From an uncultured Gelidibacter sp. (GTDB taxonomy: Bacteria; Bacteroidota; Bacteroidia; Flavobacteriales; Flavobacteriaceae): a stretch of DNA of 64,000 nucleotides. The DNA is taken from the NCBI RefSeq assembly GCF_947500795.1, contig NZ_CANMTE010000007.1, forward strand, positions 12,456 through 76,455. Reading direction: 5' to 3'. This document shows, piece after piece, positions 49,477 to 59,255 of the stretch. Both the position numbers and the translations under genes were made by a program. Each line of letters begins with the position of its first letter. Positions within the stretch are counted from its first letter, which is position 1. The notes under the pieces are model-generated. The model ran no database searches. It was not told where the DNA came from and was given only the letters and a program-made list of their open reading frames with translations.

Positions 49477-49488
49477 GGCTAACTCAAA
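49457..49488 (-). promoter_or_regulatory. nanA promoter nested in the terminator
   Basis: TTTG(49488-85)-N20-TATGTTTG(49464-57); the -7 box spans the loop and stem edge. Confidence 0.65.
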
Positions 49489-49499
49489 CTTTACTCTAA

Positions 49500-51008
49500 T
49501 TAATTGGTATAACCTGCTGTTTGCGTCAATAATGGATTTCTACCAATCATATCTTCTGTGATAGGCAATTCCAATTTGTACTCATCACCAGGGTTAAGGA
49601 AATCGATGTTATTGATAACATAACTGTTTCCTGCACGTCTTAAATCCCACCATCTTTTACCTTCACCAATAAACTCTTTGTAACGCTCATCTAAAATAGC
49701 ATTCGTATTTTCTGCTTGAGAACCGTTAACATAGCCATGGATTAAAGGATTGTAATTAGATCCGTAAGCTCTTGCACGGATTTGGTTGATTTCTTCAGAT
49801 GGATCTTCACCTAACAAGTTTTTCACTTCGGCCAACATTAATACCACGTCAGCATATCTGTATAAAGGCACGTCGTTTTCGAAAATACGCTCTGAACCAA
49901 TAACTTTTCCTAAGAACTTATTGAAAATAGCTCCAAAATATTTAGACTCTGTATACGTTGGATATCCTAATCCAGCATTATCATCTTTATATAATCTGAT
50001 AAAAGTCGCATCTTTTCTTTGGTCTTTATTATCATCCAATAGCATAAGCACTTCTTCTGAAGGACCATATCTATTTGCACCTGCAATAACAAAAGCACCC
50101 ATGGACTCTCCCTGATCATTAAATTGAGGGTTAATCTCCGTAGATCTACCTGTTAAACTGTTGTAGAAGTTTTCAGCCTCATCTTGCTTATATTGAAAAG
50201 CAAAAATAAACTCATTATTTCCTTCATTGTCAACACCCCAAAGGCTGTTAACATTTGGCGCCAAGCTAACTCCTAAAGAAGAAATTTGTTGTAACGCAGT
50301 CTTAGCTTCAGTAAAATCTGCACTTCCGCCACCTAGTAAATTTCCAGACCAGATATAAGCATCACCTTTAAGTGCTAGTGTAGCCGCTTTAGACCAAAAC
50401 ACTCTGCTTCCTTCCCAATAGCTATTATCAGATCCAAAAGCGTTTAAAGACGCTGCAATATCCGATTTTATCAACGCCATAACCTCTGTTTTAGGAGATC
50501 TTGCTCTACTTAATCCTTCTGGATTAACTTCAGCCAAAGGCTCTAAAATAATTGGCACATCACCCCAAGTTTTCAATAACGTGTAGTAGTATAACGCTCT
50601 CAAACCATAAGCCTGACCCATTAAATGGTTTTTCTCTGCTGGATTAACAAACGTTACGTTTGGTGCATTCTTGATAAAATCATTAACTCTATGGATTCTA
50701 GTATACAATCCTGCCCAACCTCCAAATGGCGCTGTAGCAACTGTAATATTAGATTCGATTAAATTCTCACTGAAAGGTGATTCGAAGGTTCTTCCACCCC
50801 AAATATCACTTCTCATTTCTCCTAACTGCCAGAATGTTCCTGCTGTTCCTCTTAGATTGGCAAACATACCAGTATGGGCAGTTTTTACACCTTCTTCAGT
50901 ATCCCAAAAACCTTGGGCTGTCAATTCGCTAGGACTTGTCAATTCTAGCTCGTTTTCACAAGCACTGAAAGTGACCAGAGCTATAAATATATAAATGTAC
51001 TTTTTCAT
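49500..51008 (-). CDS. susD: SusD-family lipoprotein (NanU-like by context)
   Basis: Lipobox FSAC; GEMRSDIW, GQAYGLRALYY, YRYADVVLMLAE, ERYKEFIGEGKRWWDLRR. Confidence 0.95.
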   Translation of the reverse strand: MKKYIYIFIALVTFSACENELELTSPSELTAQGFWDTEEGVKTAHTGMFANLRGTAGTFWQLGEMRSDIWGGRTFESPFSENLIESNITVATAPFGGWAGLYTRIHRVNDFIKNAPNVTFVNPAEKNHLMGQAYGLRALYYYTLLKTWGDVPIILEPLAEVNPEGLSRARSPKTEVMALIKSDIAASLNAFGSDNSYWEGSRVFWSKAATLALKGDAYIWSGNLLGGGSADFTEAKTALQQISSLGVSLAPNVNSLWGVDNEGNNEFIFAFQYKQDEAENFYNSLTGRSTEINPQFNDQGESMGAFVIAGANRYGPSEEVLMLLDDNKDQRKDATFIRLYKDDNAGLGYPTYTESKYFGAIFNKFLGKVIGSERIFENDVPLYRYADVVLMLAEVKNLLGEDPSEEINQIRARAYGSNYNPLIHGYVNGSQAENTNAILDERYKEFIGEGKRWWDLRRAGNSYVINNIDFLNPGDEYKLELPITEDMIGRNPLLTQTAGYTN

Positions 51009-51018
51009 CTTCTAAAAT

Positions 51019-54000
51019 TTAAAATGTTACGTTAAGACCTAATGTAATCGTTTTTGGCACTGGGAATGACCCATATTGAACCCCACCTTCTTCTGGTGTA
51101 TCTCCACTCAGACTCTTAAAGTAATGCAAGTTTGATCCTGTTACGTAGATGCTTAATCTTTGGATAGCATCGTTAAAATATTTACTTGGCATGTTATAAC
51201 TCAAGGTTACTTCACGTAATGCTAAATAATCTCCTTTTTCCCAGAATTTCTCGTTACCATAGTGCTGTAAGTCTGTTGCACCTTCTCCACCTCTCCAAAC
51301 GTTTTTGGATCCGTTAACGAAAACGAAACGTGGCCAATCTGTATCAGTATTGTTTGGTGTCCAAGAATCAGCTACTTCAATTGGCTGTGCTAAGTTACCT
51401 TGCGTTTGACCATAACCTTTGTTTCTAATGTGGTTCCACACTAAATGTCCGGTTGCAAAATCAGTCTTCACAAATAAGTTGAAGTTTTTATAGGTCATAC
51501 TTGTTGTTAAACCTCCAATGAAATCAGGAGTTGTACGTCCGATAACTTTTCTGTCTAAATGATTAATAACACCATCACCATTTTGATCTACCCACTTAAC
51601 ATCTCCAGCCCAACGTTTGTTACGGCTAGCACCTGGCATGTAATTGTCAGTAATTGCATTGTCAGCATCAGCTTCAGCTTGCGTTTTATAGATACCTGCT
51701 TGCTCAAAAGCAACCACTAAGTCATGACCTGAACGTTGGCCTTCTTGATAACCACCAACCCATTCTTCTTGTCCAGTTGATGCATTCCAAATCAATGTAC
51801 CACCTTGTCTGTTTAAGTCGTTATCATTTTCAGGAAGTTTAACAACGTAGTTTTTGTTTGTTGTAAACGTCGCACCCATGTTCCATGTAAAATCTTCGTT
51901 TCTAACAATATCACCATTAACTTGCAATTCAAAACCTTTGTTTCTGATGGTTCCGTTGTTAGTTAAGATACCGCTAAACCCAGTGTAGTATGGTAATGTT
52001 AAGTATGCTAATTTGTCTTTAATGTCTCTTGAATATACATCTGTAATAATAGACACTCTGTTATCAAAGAAAGAGATATCTAAACCAGCATTAAACGTTG
52101 TTGATTTTTCCCATAATAGGTCTTGTGTTGGTAATGAAGAATTGGCATATCCGGTTTGACCGTTGTAAACACCTTGTCCTCCATAAGATCCAAATACACC
52201 GTAATTACTTAAGACGTCTTGGTTACCGTTAACACCATAACTTAATCTTGGCTTGATTCTAGAAACTACATTCTTAAGTGAAGATTCTTGGAAGAATGTT
52301 TCATTATGTACATTCCATCCGAAAGATACACCAGGGAAGAAATCGAATTTATTGTTACCTAATCTTGAAGAACCATCATATCTATAGGTAAAGCTGAATA
52401 AGTAACGATCATCAAAATCATATAACAATCTACCAAAAGTAGACGTGATTACATATTCCGTTTCAAAACTGTAAGGAATTCCATCAGCTTCAGCTCCAGC
52501 ATTTAGAGTTTCAATTAAATCTGTTGGAGAATTTCTTGTTCCTGCAGAGGTTCCGAAATAATTATCTTTATAGTACTCCGCACCAATTAATGCGTTGAAA
52601 CTGTGCTCACCAACTTTCTTAGTATAGTTTAAAGTTCCTGTCAATTGGTTTCTTAATGTTCTACCTAAACTCACTGCTGCTTCACGTCCTGTACGTAATG
52701 GACCTGAGTTACTACCAGTTCTATATGCTCTGTTAAAGCTTGAGTTATGATTATTAACTGTAAAATGACTTCCTGTTAAAGAAAATTTCAAGTCATTAAG
52801 AATGTCCCAATCGATACCTACAGAAGCAGACAAACGTTGCTCTAAATTTTTTCTGACAAATTTATCTTGATAGTATAATGGGTTACCGAAACCTTCGTTT
52901 TGGCCTGGAGCATATTGATCTGACCATGTACCGTCTGCATTACTATCAAAGGTTCTAGAAGTTGGCGCTTGACCTTGGAATCTTCTAAACACTGTATCAT
53001 CTCCACCTAATGGGCTTCTTGTGAAGTTAGAGTGCGAGTAAAGTACGTTTGAGTTTACTTTAAATTTATCGCTAATTTTATAAGATCCGCTGAATTTACC
53101 CGAGTATCTTAAAAATCCTGACCCTAAAACTAAACCATCATTATCTAATGCACCTAAACCTAAATAGTAAGTCCCTTTCTCGTTACCACCGTCAAAAGAT
53201 AAATAGTGATCTTTAGATGCGCTAGTTTGATAAATACGATCTCCTACTTCTGGGTTGTCATAAAATAAGATTTCTTTGGTTGGATCTAAAATATCTGGAA
53301 TCGTTTTCCATCCTGGTGTATTCAACAAGTAGCTATTTGATGCCGATAAAAATTGCGTTGTAAACGGATCATTTGTCGCATTGTTACCAGTACCTGCTCC
53401 ATTATTCCCATCTAAGAAAGCACCGAAAGCACCCGCGTTACCAGCAACTTGTCTGTTCCAAGCAATAGACTGTCTGTTATAGTCAATATGTTGCGCCGCG
53501 TTAAGATACTTCTGATCGTTTCTTTCGTGGTTCATACTATACTTATACTTGTAGTTGATAGAAGATTTCCCAACTTTACCAGTTTTAGTAGTTACTAAGA
53601 TGACACCATCCGCAGATCTTGCACCATAAATAGCGGTTGCAGCTGCATCTTTAAGAACCTCAATAGACTCAATATCGTCTGAGTTTAAAGCGAAAAATGA
53701 CCCTGGAATACCATCAATTAAGATAAGCGGAGACCCTGTACCATTAAAACCAGTACCACCACGTAAAACAATTTGCGGCGTTGCACCTGGCTGACCAGTT
53801 GTGTTGGTTACTCTTAAACCAGCAATTGTTCCTTGTAACGCTGTAGCAACGTTAGATCTGGTTGACGTTTCTAACACTTGCGTATCTAATTTAGATACTG
53901 AAGTAGTTAGTTTAGCTCTACTTTGTTGGCCGTACCCTGTAATTACAATTTCGTCCAACATTGCTGCATCTTCTTTTAAAGACACATTGATTACTGCCTG

Positions 54001-54273
54001 GTTACCGACAGTCGCTTCCTTTGCTTGAAACCCAACAAAACTAAATACAAGAACATCTCCCGTATTTGCTTTAATGCTGTAGTTTCCGTCAAAATCTGTA
54101 ATTGCTCCGCTGGTTGTTCCTTTCACAATAATAGTGGCACCCGTTAACGGAATGTTATCCGTAGACGAAACTACCGTCCCTGTGATTATCTTTTCCTGAC
54201 CAAAAACCATGGCCGGAAGAGCGAAAAGCAAAATAAATATCATATAAATGATATTGGATTCTCTTTTTTTCAT
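51019..54273 (-). CDS. susC: SusC TonB-dependent transporter (NanO-like by context)
   Basis: TDFDGNYSI, LDEIVITGYG, LKDAAATAIYGARSADGVILVTTK; C-terminal Phe. Confidence 0.97.
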   Translation of the reverse strand: MKKRESNIIYMIFILLFALPAMVFGQEKIITGTVVSSTDNIPLTGATIIVKGTTSGAITDFDGNYSIKANTGDVLVFSFVGFQAKEATVGNQAVINVSLKEDAAMLDEIVITGYGQQSRAKLTTSVSKLDTQVLETSTRSNVATALQGTIAGLRVTNTTGQPGATPQIVLRGGTGFNGTGSPLILIDGIPGSFFALNSDDIESIEVLKDAAATAIYGARSADGVILVTTKTGKVGKSSINYKYKYSMNHERNDQKYLNAAQHIDYNRQSIAWNRQVAGNAGAFGAFLDGNNGAGTGNNATNDPFTTQFLSASNSYLLNTPGWKTIPDILDPTKEILFYDNPEVGDRIYQTSASKDHYLSFDGGNEKGTYYLGLGALDNDGLVLGSGFLRYSGKFSGSYKISDKFKVNSNVLYSHSNFTRSPLGGDDTVFRRFQGQAPTSRTFDSNADGTWSDQYAPGQNEGFGNPLYYQDKFVRKNLEQRLSASVGIDWDILNDLKFSLTGSHFTVNNHNSSFNRAYRTGSNSGPLRTGREAAVSLGRTLRNQLTGTLNYTKKVGEHSFNALIGAEYYKDNYFGTSAGTRNSPTDLIETLNAGAEADGIPYSFETEYVITSTFGRLLYDFDDRYLFSFTYRYDGSSRLGNNKFDFFPGVSFGWNVHNETFFQESSLKNVVSRIKPRLSYGVNGNQDVLSNYGVFGSYGGQGVYNGQTGYANSSLPTQDLLWEKSTTFNAGLDISFFDNRVSIITDVYSRDIKDKLAYLTLPYYTGFSGILTNNGTIRNKGFELQVNGDIVRNEDFTWNMGATFTTNKNYVVKLPENDNDLNRQGGTLIWNASTGQEEWVGGYQEGQRSGHDLVVAFEQAGIYKTQAEADADNAITDNYMPGASRNKRWAGDVKWVDQNGDGVINHLDRKVIGRTTPDFIGGLTTSMTYKNFNLFVKTDFATGHLVWNHIRNKGYGQTQGNLAQPIEVADSWTPNNTDTDWPRFVFVNGSKNVWRGGEGATDLQHYGNEKFWEKGDYLALREVTLSYNMPSKYFNDAIQRLSIYVTGSNLHYFKSLSGDTPEEGGVQYGSFPVPKTITLGLNVTF

Positions 54274-54323
54274 ACTAAATAATTTTGATGAATTAGGTTA
54301 AATTAGTCATGCTATGTATAAAA

Positions 54324-54345
54324 GTATTATGTTATACATAATGCA
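54324..54345. promoter_or_regulatory. Candidate GntR operator, susC side
   Basis: Imperfect palindrome GTATTATGT-TAT-ACATAATGC abutting the -7 box. Confidence 0.65.
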
Positions 54346-54374
54346 ATGTTATGATTAATTTTTCACTTCTCAAA
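54344..54374 (-). promoter_or_regulatory. Promoter for the nan susCD pair
   Basis: TTTG(54374-71)-N19-TAACATTG(54351-44); one mismatch to TAnnTTTG. Confidence 0.55.
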
Positions 54375-54660
54375 GGTTTTCGTTAAGATAATATTAACTT
54401 TTCCCTCAAAAATTTAGGCTGTCCCACAAAACATAACCATTATAATTACCAGCGCATTGAGCCTCTGTTCGCCTTAAACCCCAATTTTTAAATGTTAAAT
54501 TTACGTGCCCAATCTTACAGACCTTGCACTCTTAAAAACTGACAAATTTTTAGTTCCACACGCTTTCGACACTCCTAATATTTAGAATTCCATTTAAGAA
54601 GTATGAAAAATATTTGTAACTTGATTGCCATAAAAAATCACCTTAAAAAAAGTATACGTA

Positions 54661-56175
54661 ATGGACGATAAAAATTCAAAACTCACCAGACAGACAGGTG
54701 CACCTGTTCCTGATAATCAGAATGTGCAAACAGCGGGACCACGCGGGCCAATGTTAATGCAGGACGCATGGTTTCTTGAGAAAATGGCAAACTTTGATCG
54801 CGAGGTAATCCCCGAAAGGCGAATGCATGCGAAAGGCTCAGGCGCTTTCGGAACGTTTACCGTAACGCACGATATTACGAAATACACTAAAGCGAAAATT
54901 TTTAGCGAAATAGGAAAAAAGACCGAAATGTTTAGTCGTTTTTCTACTGTTGCCGGAGAACGCGGTGCTGCCGATGCGGAACGTGATATCCGCGGATTTG
55001 CACTGAAATTTTATACCGAAGAAGGCATTTGGGATTTAGTAGGGAATAATACGCCGGTATTTTTCTTCCGCGACCCGATGAAATTCCCGGATTTGAACCA
55101 TGCCGTAAAACGTGACCCTAAAACTAACCTAAGGAGCGCCAATAATAATTGGGATTTCTGGACACTACTTCCGGAAGCATTGCACCAAGTAACCATTATT
55201 ATGAGCGACCGTGGCATCCCTAAAGGCTATAGACATATGCACGGATTTGGAAGCCATACCTATAGTCTTATCAACAAAGACAATGTGAGACATTGGGTCA
55301 AGTTTCATTTTGTAACCCAACAGGGCATCGAAAACTTTACTGACGAGGAAGCTGCAAAAGTGGTTGGAATGGATAGGGAATCGTCTCAAAGAGACCTTTT
55401 TGATGCCATTGAAAACAAGGACTTCCCGAAATGGAAAATGTATATTCAGGTGATGACGGAAGAACAAGCAAAAACATACCGTTTTCATCCGTTCGATTTG
55501 ACTAAAGTGTGGTCTAAAAAGGATTTTCCACTCATTCCTGTGGGCGAATTTGAATTGAATAGAAATCCTGAAAACTATTTCCAAGATGTTGAGCAAGCAG
55601 CCTTCAATCCAACGAATATTGTTCCAGGAATCGGCTTCTCTCCAGACAAAATGCTGCAAGGACGCTTATTTTCTTATGGCGATGCGCAACGCTATAGATT
55701 AGGAGTTAACCATTATCAAATTCCTGTAAACAAACCGACATGTCCATACCACGCCTTTCATAGAGATGGCGCTATGCGTGTAGACGGCAACTATGGCGCG
55801 GCCAAACATTACGAACCAAATAGCTATGGGCAATGGCAAGAACAACCTGAAGCGCAAGAACCGCCTTTAGAATTGAGTGGCGATGCGTATGCACATAATT
55901 TCAGGGATGATGATCAAGATTACTTCACACAGCCAGGTGATTTGTTCCGCATTATCAAAGCCGATGGTAAAGCCGACGTGTTGTTTAAAAATACGGCCGC
56001 TCAAGTAGGTGGCGCAGAAAAATTTATCCAAGTGCGCCATATCAGAAACTGTTACAAAGCAGACCCAGAATATGGAGAAGGTGTTGCAACTGCACTCGGC
56101 TTAACGATGGACGAAGTGAATAGTTTTGACATGACGCTGTATGATAGATGGGCACCAAAACCTACCCATGCTTAA
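54661..56175 (+). CDS. katA: Monofunctional heme catalase, small subunit
   Basis: [48 protein letters not shown]. Confidence 0.97.
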   Translation: MDDKNSKLTRQTGAPVPDNQNVQTAGPRGPMLMQDAWFLEKMANFDREVIPERRMHAKGSGAFGTFTVTHDITKYTKAKIFSEIGKKTEMFSRFSTVAGERGAADAERDIRGFALKFYTEEGIWDLVGNNTPVFFFRDPMKFPDLNHAVKRDPKTNLRSANNNWDFWTLLPEALHQVTIIMSDRGIPKGYRHMHGFGSHTYSLINKDNVRHWVKFHFVTQQGIENFTDEEAAKVVGMDRESSQRDLFDAIENKDFPKWKMYIQVMTEEQAKTYRFHPFDLTKVWSKKDFPLIPVGEFELNRNPENYFQDVEQAAFNPTNIVPGIGFSPDKMLQGRLFSYGDAQRYRLGVNHYQIPVNKPTCPYHAFHRDGAMRVDGNYGAAKHYEPNSYGQWQEQPEAQEPPLELSGDAYAHNFRDDDQDYFTQPGDLFRIIKADGKADVLFKNTAAQVGGAEKFIQVRHIRNCYKADPEYGEGVATALGLTMDEVNSFDMTLYDRWAPKPTHA

Positions 56176-56310
56176 GTTTTGCAAAATTCATCTATAGGAC
56201 TGACTTAAAAAAGTCTTTCAAATAGATTAAAAACAATAAAGATGTTAGTGGCTCATACTTATGCCGCTAACATCTTTTTTTTATTGGTTACCTACCTCAG
56301 ATTACCCCAC

Positions 56311-56340
56311 AAAAAAAGCCTCTCTAAAAAGAGAAGCTTT
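56311..56340 (-). terminator. tRNA terminator
   Basis: Minus strand AAAGCTTCTCT-TTTT-AGAGAGGCTTT followed by further Ts. Confidence 0.8.
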
Positions 56341-56348
56341 GATTTCTG

Positions 56349-56430
56349 TACAGGTGGGGAGACTCGAACTCCCACACCTCGCGGCACTAGATCCTAAGTC
56401 TAGCGTGTCTACCAATTCCACCACACCTGC
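56349..56430 (-). tRNA. tRNA-Leu (anticodon TAG), CCA not encoded
   Basis: GCAGGTG acceptor stem, TGGTAGA D-loop, CTAGA-CT TAG GA-TCTAG anticodon arm, long variable arm, GTTCGAGT T-loop. Confidence 0.96.
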
Positions 56431-56465
56431 AACTTATGTTCCGAAATATTCTCGGAATCGGGATG

Positions 56466-56495
56466 CAAATATAAACATTCCTTTGAATATACAAA
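56466..56495 (-). promoter_or_regulatory. tRNA promoter
   Basis: TTTG(56495-92)-N18-TATATTTG(56473-66), 35 bp upstream of the tRNA 5' end. Confidence 0.55.
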
Positions 56496-56588
56496 TAACT
56501 TGTCAAAGAAAATTCACTTCAAATTTTGTACTTTTGAATATCTTAAAAAACAACACACAATCAATTACAAATAATTAAATATCAAAAC

Positions 56589-57977
56589 ATGCAAAACATA
56601 GATAGTTACGTAGAACAAAATAAAGACCGATTTATAAACGAACTGATTGACTTGCTCAAAATTCCATCTGTTAGCGCCGATTCTGCATTCAAAAAAGATG
56701 TGCTTAAAACAGCCAGTGAAATCAAGAAAAGCTTAGAAAAAGCAGGATGCGACCATGTTGAAATTTGTGAAACTGAGGGTTATCCAATTGTTTATGGCGA
56801 AAAAATAATTGACAAAAATTTACCAACAGTCCTTGTTTATGGGCATTATGACGTTCAGCCTGCGGATCCTATCAATTTATGGACTTCCCCACCATTTGAA
56901 CCTGTTATTAAAAAAACAGACATACATCCGGAAGGTGCCATCTTTGCACGTGGCGCTTGTGATGATAAAGGGCAAATGTACATGCACGTGAAAGCGTTGG
57001 AGTTTATGACTTCTACAAATCAGTTGCCATGTAACGTGAAATTTATGATTGAAGGCGAAGAGGAAGTGGGCAGTGTGAACCTATCTACTTTTGTGAAGCA
57101 AAATCAAGAGAAACTGAAAAACGATGTCATTCTTATTTCAGATACTGGAATGATTTCTAAGGACACACCATCAATTACAACAGGTTTAAGAGGCCTCAGC
57201 TACGTAGAAGTAGAAGTTACAGGACCAAAACGAGATTTACACTCAGGTTTATACGGTGGTGCGGTTGCCAACCCTATTAATGTGTTGACAAAAATGATTG
57301 CTTCATTGCATGACGAAAACAACCATATTACCATTCCTGGATTTTACGATAAGGTTGAAGAGCTATCTGATGACGAGCGCGCACAAATGGCTAAAGCACC
57401 ATTTTCATTAGAAGACTATAAAAAATCGTTGGATATTGACGCTGTTTATGGCGAAAAAGGATACACTACAAATGAGCGTAATTCTATTAGACCAACATTA
57501 GATGTAAACGGAATTTGGGGAGGCTATACAGGCGAAGGCGCAAAAACGGTAATTGCAAGTAAAGCATTTGCAAAAATTTCGATGCGATTGGTGCCAAATC
57601 AGGATTGGGAAGAAATCACCTCGTTATTCAAACATCATTTTGAAAGTATTGCTCCTGAAGGTGTAAAAGTGTTGGTAAAACCTCATCATGGTGGACAAGG
57701 ATATGTCACCCCAATTGACAGTATTGGTTATCAAGCTGCTTCAAAAGCTTACGAAGCAACGTTCGGTAAAACCCCGATTCCACAACGTAGTGGTGGTAGT
57801 ATTCCAATTGTAGCGCTTTTTGAGCAAGAATTGAAGAGTAAAACCATTTTAATGGGCTTCGGCTTAGACAGTGATGCCATCCATTCCCCTAACGAGCATT
57901 TTGGAGTTTGGAATTACTTAAAAGGCATTTCGACAATTCCGTTGTTCTATAAATATTTTACAGAGCTTTCTAAATAA
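56589..57977 (+). CDS. M20-family dipeptidase
   Basis: YGHYDVQP, ARGACDDKGQ, EGEEEVGS, GGSIP, HSPNEHF. Confidence 0.95.
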   Translation: MQNIDSYVEQNKDRFINELIDLLKIPSVSADSAFKKDVLKTASEIKKSLEKAGCDHVEICETEGYPIVYGEKIIDKNLPTVLVYGHYDVQPADPINLWTSPPFEPVIKKTDIHPEGAIFARGACDDKGQMYMHVKALEFMTSTNQLPCNVKFMIEGEEEVGSVNLSTFVKQNQEKLKNDVILISDTGMISKDTPSITTGLRGLSYVEVEVTGPKRDLHSGLYGGAVANPINVLTKMIASLHDENNHITIPGFYDKVEELSDDERAQMAKAPFSLEDYKKSLDIDAVYGEKGYTTNERNSIRPTLDVNGIWGGYTGEGAKTVIASKAFAKISMRLVPNQDWEEITSLFKHHFESIAPEGVKVLVKPHHGGQGYVTPIDSIGYQAASKAYEATFGKTPIPQRSGGSIPIVALFEQELKSKTILMGFGLDSDAIHSPNEHFGVWNYLKGISTIPLFYKYFTELSK

Positions 57978-58007
57978 GAAACAAAATTTTAGATAGGTCA
58001 AAAAAAT

Positions 58008-58057
58008 AAAGCCACAGACTCATGATTATAGGTATAATCAGGGGTTCGTGGCTTTTT
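58008..58057. terminator. Long imperfect hairpin between convergent genes
   Basis: AAAGCCAC...TGATTATA / TATAATCA...GTGGCTTT with A and T flanks. Confidence 0.7.
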
Positions 58058-58109
58058 TATGTATTAATAAATTACAATATCCTCATTAGCACATTAACTA
58101 ATAACACCA

Positions 58110-58748
58110 CTAGTGCTCATTTATCCACATTAGGAGGTACTTGGAAAGGACTTCAATAGCATCCTTTTCCGTCTCATTATTATAAGCCTCAACTAATCCA
58201 GGGGAACCACCTATATAGTCTCTAATATTTTTTTGAGATACTAATATGGGCGCTTTCGTATGCTTATCCAACACATAAGGCAATCGAATAAGGGCTCTTT
58301 TGGCTGCACCGAACGCGCCAACGATTCCCCCAAACATATAGGAGACATCAGAATTTTCAAGTCCGAACTTTTTTGGATTCATCGGAATTCCCGCTTTGAA
58401 AAAGAAGAAGTTCTCATTCTCACCCTCTACTTTACTATACCAATATTGTAGCTCGTACTTAAAACAATTCATATAAAGGTCAGTTCCGTCAGAGTACGCA
58501 AAAACCTCTTTTAAAAAGTAGGACCTTTTCACATCCTTATCAAGGGCATTAATTTGGTAATCGTTACCCCCATTCATTTTTATTTTCCCTGGGGTTCTGT
58601 GCTCTAATTCTACATGAGCAGTTTTGGAGGGCGCTTTGTCCAACACCTCTTGAAGATCCATATAAATTCCCTCAGGATAGTTACCAATTTGCGCATTGCT
58701 GTGATTATTAAAACAAATTAATGCAATAATCAAGATTAATTTTTTCAT
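58110..58748 (-). CDS. Secreted hypothetical protein
   Basis: 212-aa ORF with a signal peptide (MKKLILIIALICF) and its own consensus promoter; family not recognised with confidence. Confidence 0.75.
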   Translation of the reverse strand: MKKLILIIALICFNNHSNAQIGNYPEGIYMDLQEVLDKAPSKTAHVELEHRTPGKIKMNGGNDYQINALDKDVKRSYFLKEVFAYSDGTDLYMNCFKYELQYWYSKVEGENENFFFFKAGIPMNPKKFGLENSDVSYMFGGIVGAFGAAKRALIRLPYVLDKHTKAPILVSQKNIRDYIGGSPGLVEAYNNETEKDAIEVLSKYLLMWINEH

Positions 58749-58791
58749 ATGTATTCAAGTTGGAACCGACTCCTATAGGTGTTAAACACCT

Positions 58792-58824
58792 CAAATATAG
58801 ACTTTCTAACCAATTAAAATCAAA
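58792..58824 (-). promoter_or_regulatory. Promoter of the hypothetical gene
   Basis: TTTG(58824-21)-N21-TATATTTG(58799-92). Confidence 0.65.
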
Positions 58825-58830
58825 AAATAA

Positions 58831-58886
58831 TTTGGTCGTATCATTTTTTATTCTATATTTGTAGAACACACTCTAAACATGTAGAA
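58831..58886 (+). promoter_or_regulatory. blaI promoter with tandem BlaI/MecI/CopY-type operators
   Basis: TTTG(58831-34)-N19-TATATTTG(58854-61). Operators TTCTATATTTGTAGAA (58851) and CTCTAAACATGTAGAA (58871), 20 bp apart, each one mismatch from TACAnnTGTA. Confidence 0.75.
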
Positions 58887-58888
58887 CA

Positions 58889-59254
58889 ATGCAACTCACA
58901 AAAACAGAAGAAGACTTGATGAATCATCTTTGGAAATTGGAAAAAGCCTTTATGAAAGACCTCCTTGAAGCGTATCCTGATCCAAAGCCAGCACCAACCA
59001 CGGTGGCAACATTATTAAAGCGAATGCATGACAAACAGTTTGTGGGTTACAAACTTTATGGAAAGTCGAGAGAATATTTTCCATTGGTTAAAAAGAAGGA
59101 CTATTTCAGCAAACATGTAAACGGCCTGATCAAAAGTTTTTTTAATGACAGCGCTTCGCAATTTGCATCATTTTTTACGAAGGAAACCAATCTTACAAAA
59201 GAAGAACTGGAAGATTTAAAAGCACTCATAGACAGCGAAATCAAAAAAAAGTAA
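58889..59254 (+). CDS. blaI: BlaI/MecI/CopY-family repressor
   Basis: LTKTEEDLMNHLW, TTVATLLKRM, GKSREYFPLV; immediately upstream of the M56 gene. Confidence 0.95.
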   Translation: MQLTKTEEDLMNHLWKLEKAFMKDLLEAYPDPKPAPTTVATLLKRMHDKQFVGYKLYGKSREYFPLVKKKDYFSKHVNGLIKSFFNDSASQFASFFTKETNLTKEELEDLKALIDSEIKKK

Positions 59255-59255
59255 C

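Noticed and set aside
55165-55659. 164-aa antisense ORF in catalase
   Set aside because: Shadow frame of a highly conserved gene.
54661-56175. Catalase as a functional part of the glycan locus
   Set aside because: Divergent, no operator copy seen near its start, and no oxidase in the locus that would generate peroxide.
56261-56578. 105-aa ORF spanning the tRNA
   Set aside because: It is antisense to tRNA-Leu, its terminator and its promoter; a typical spurious call.
58785-58796. AACACCTCAAAT repeated at 63209 (and ACACCTCAA at 61155)
   Set aside because: Short and AT-rich; explained by promoter -7 context and a terminator stem, and expected by chance.
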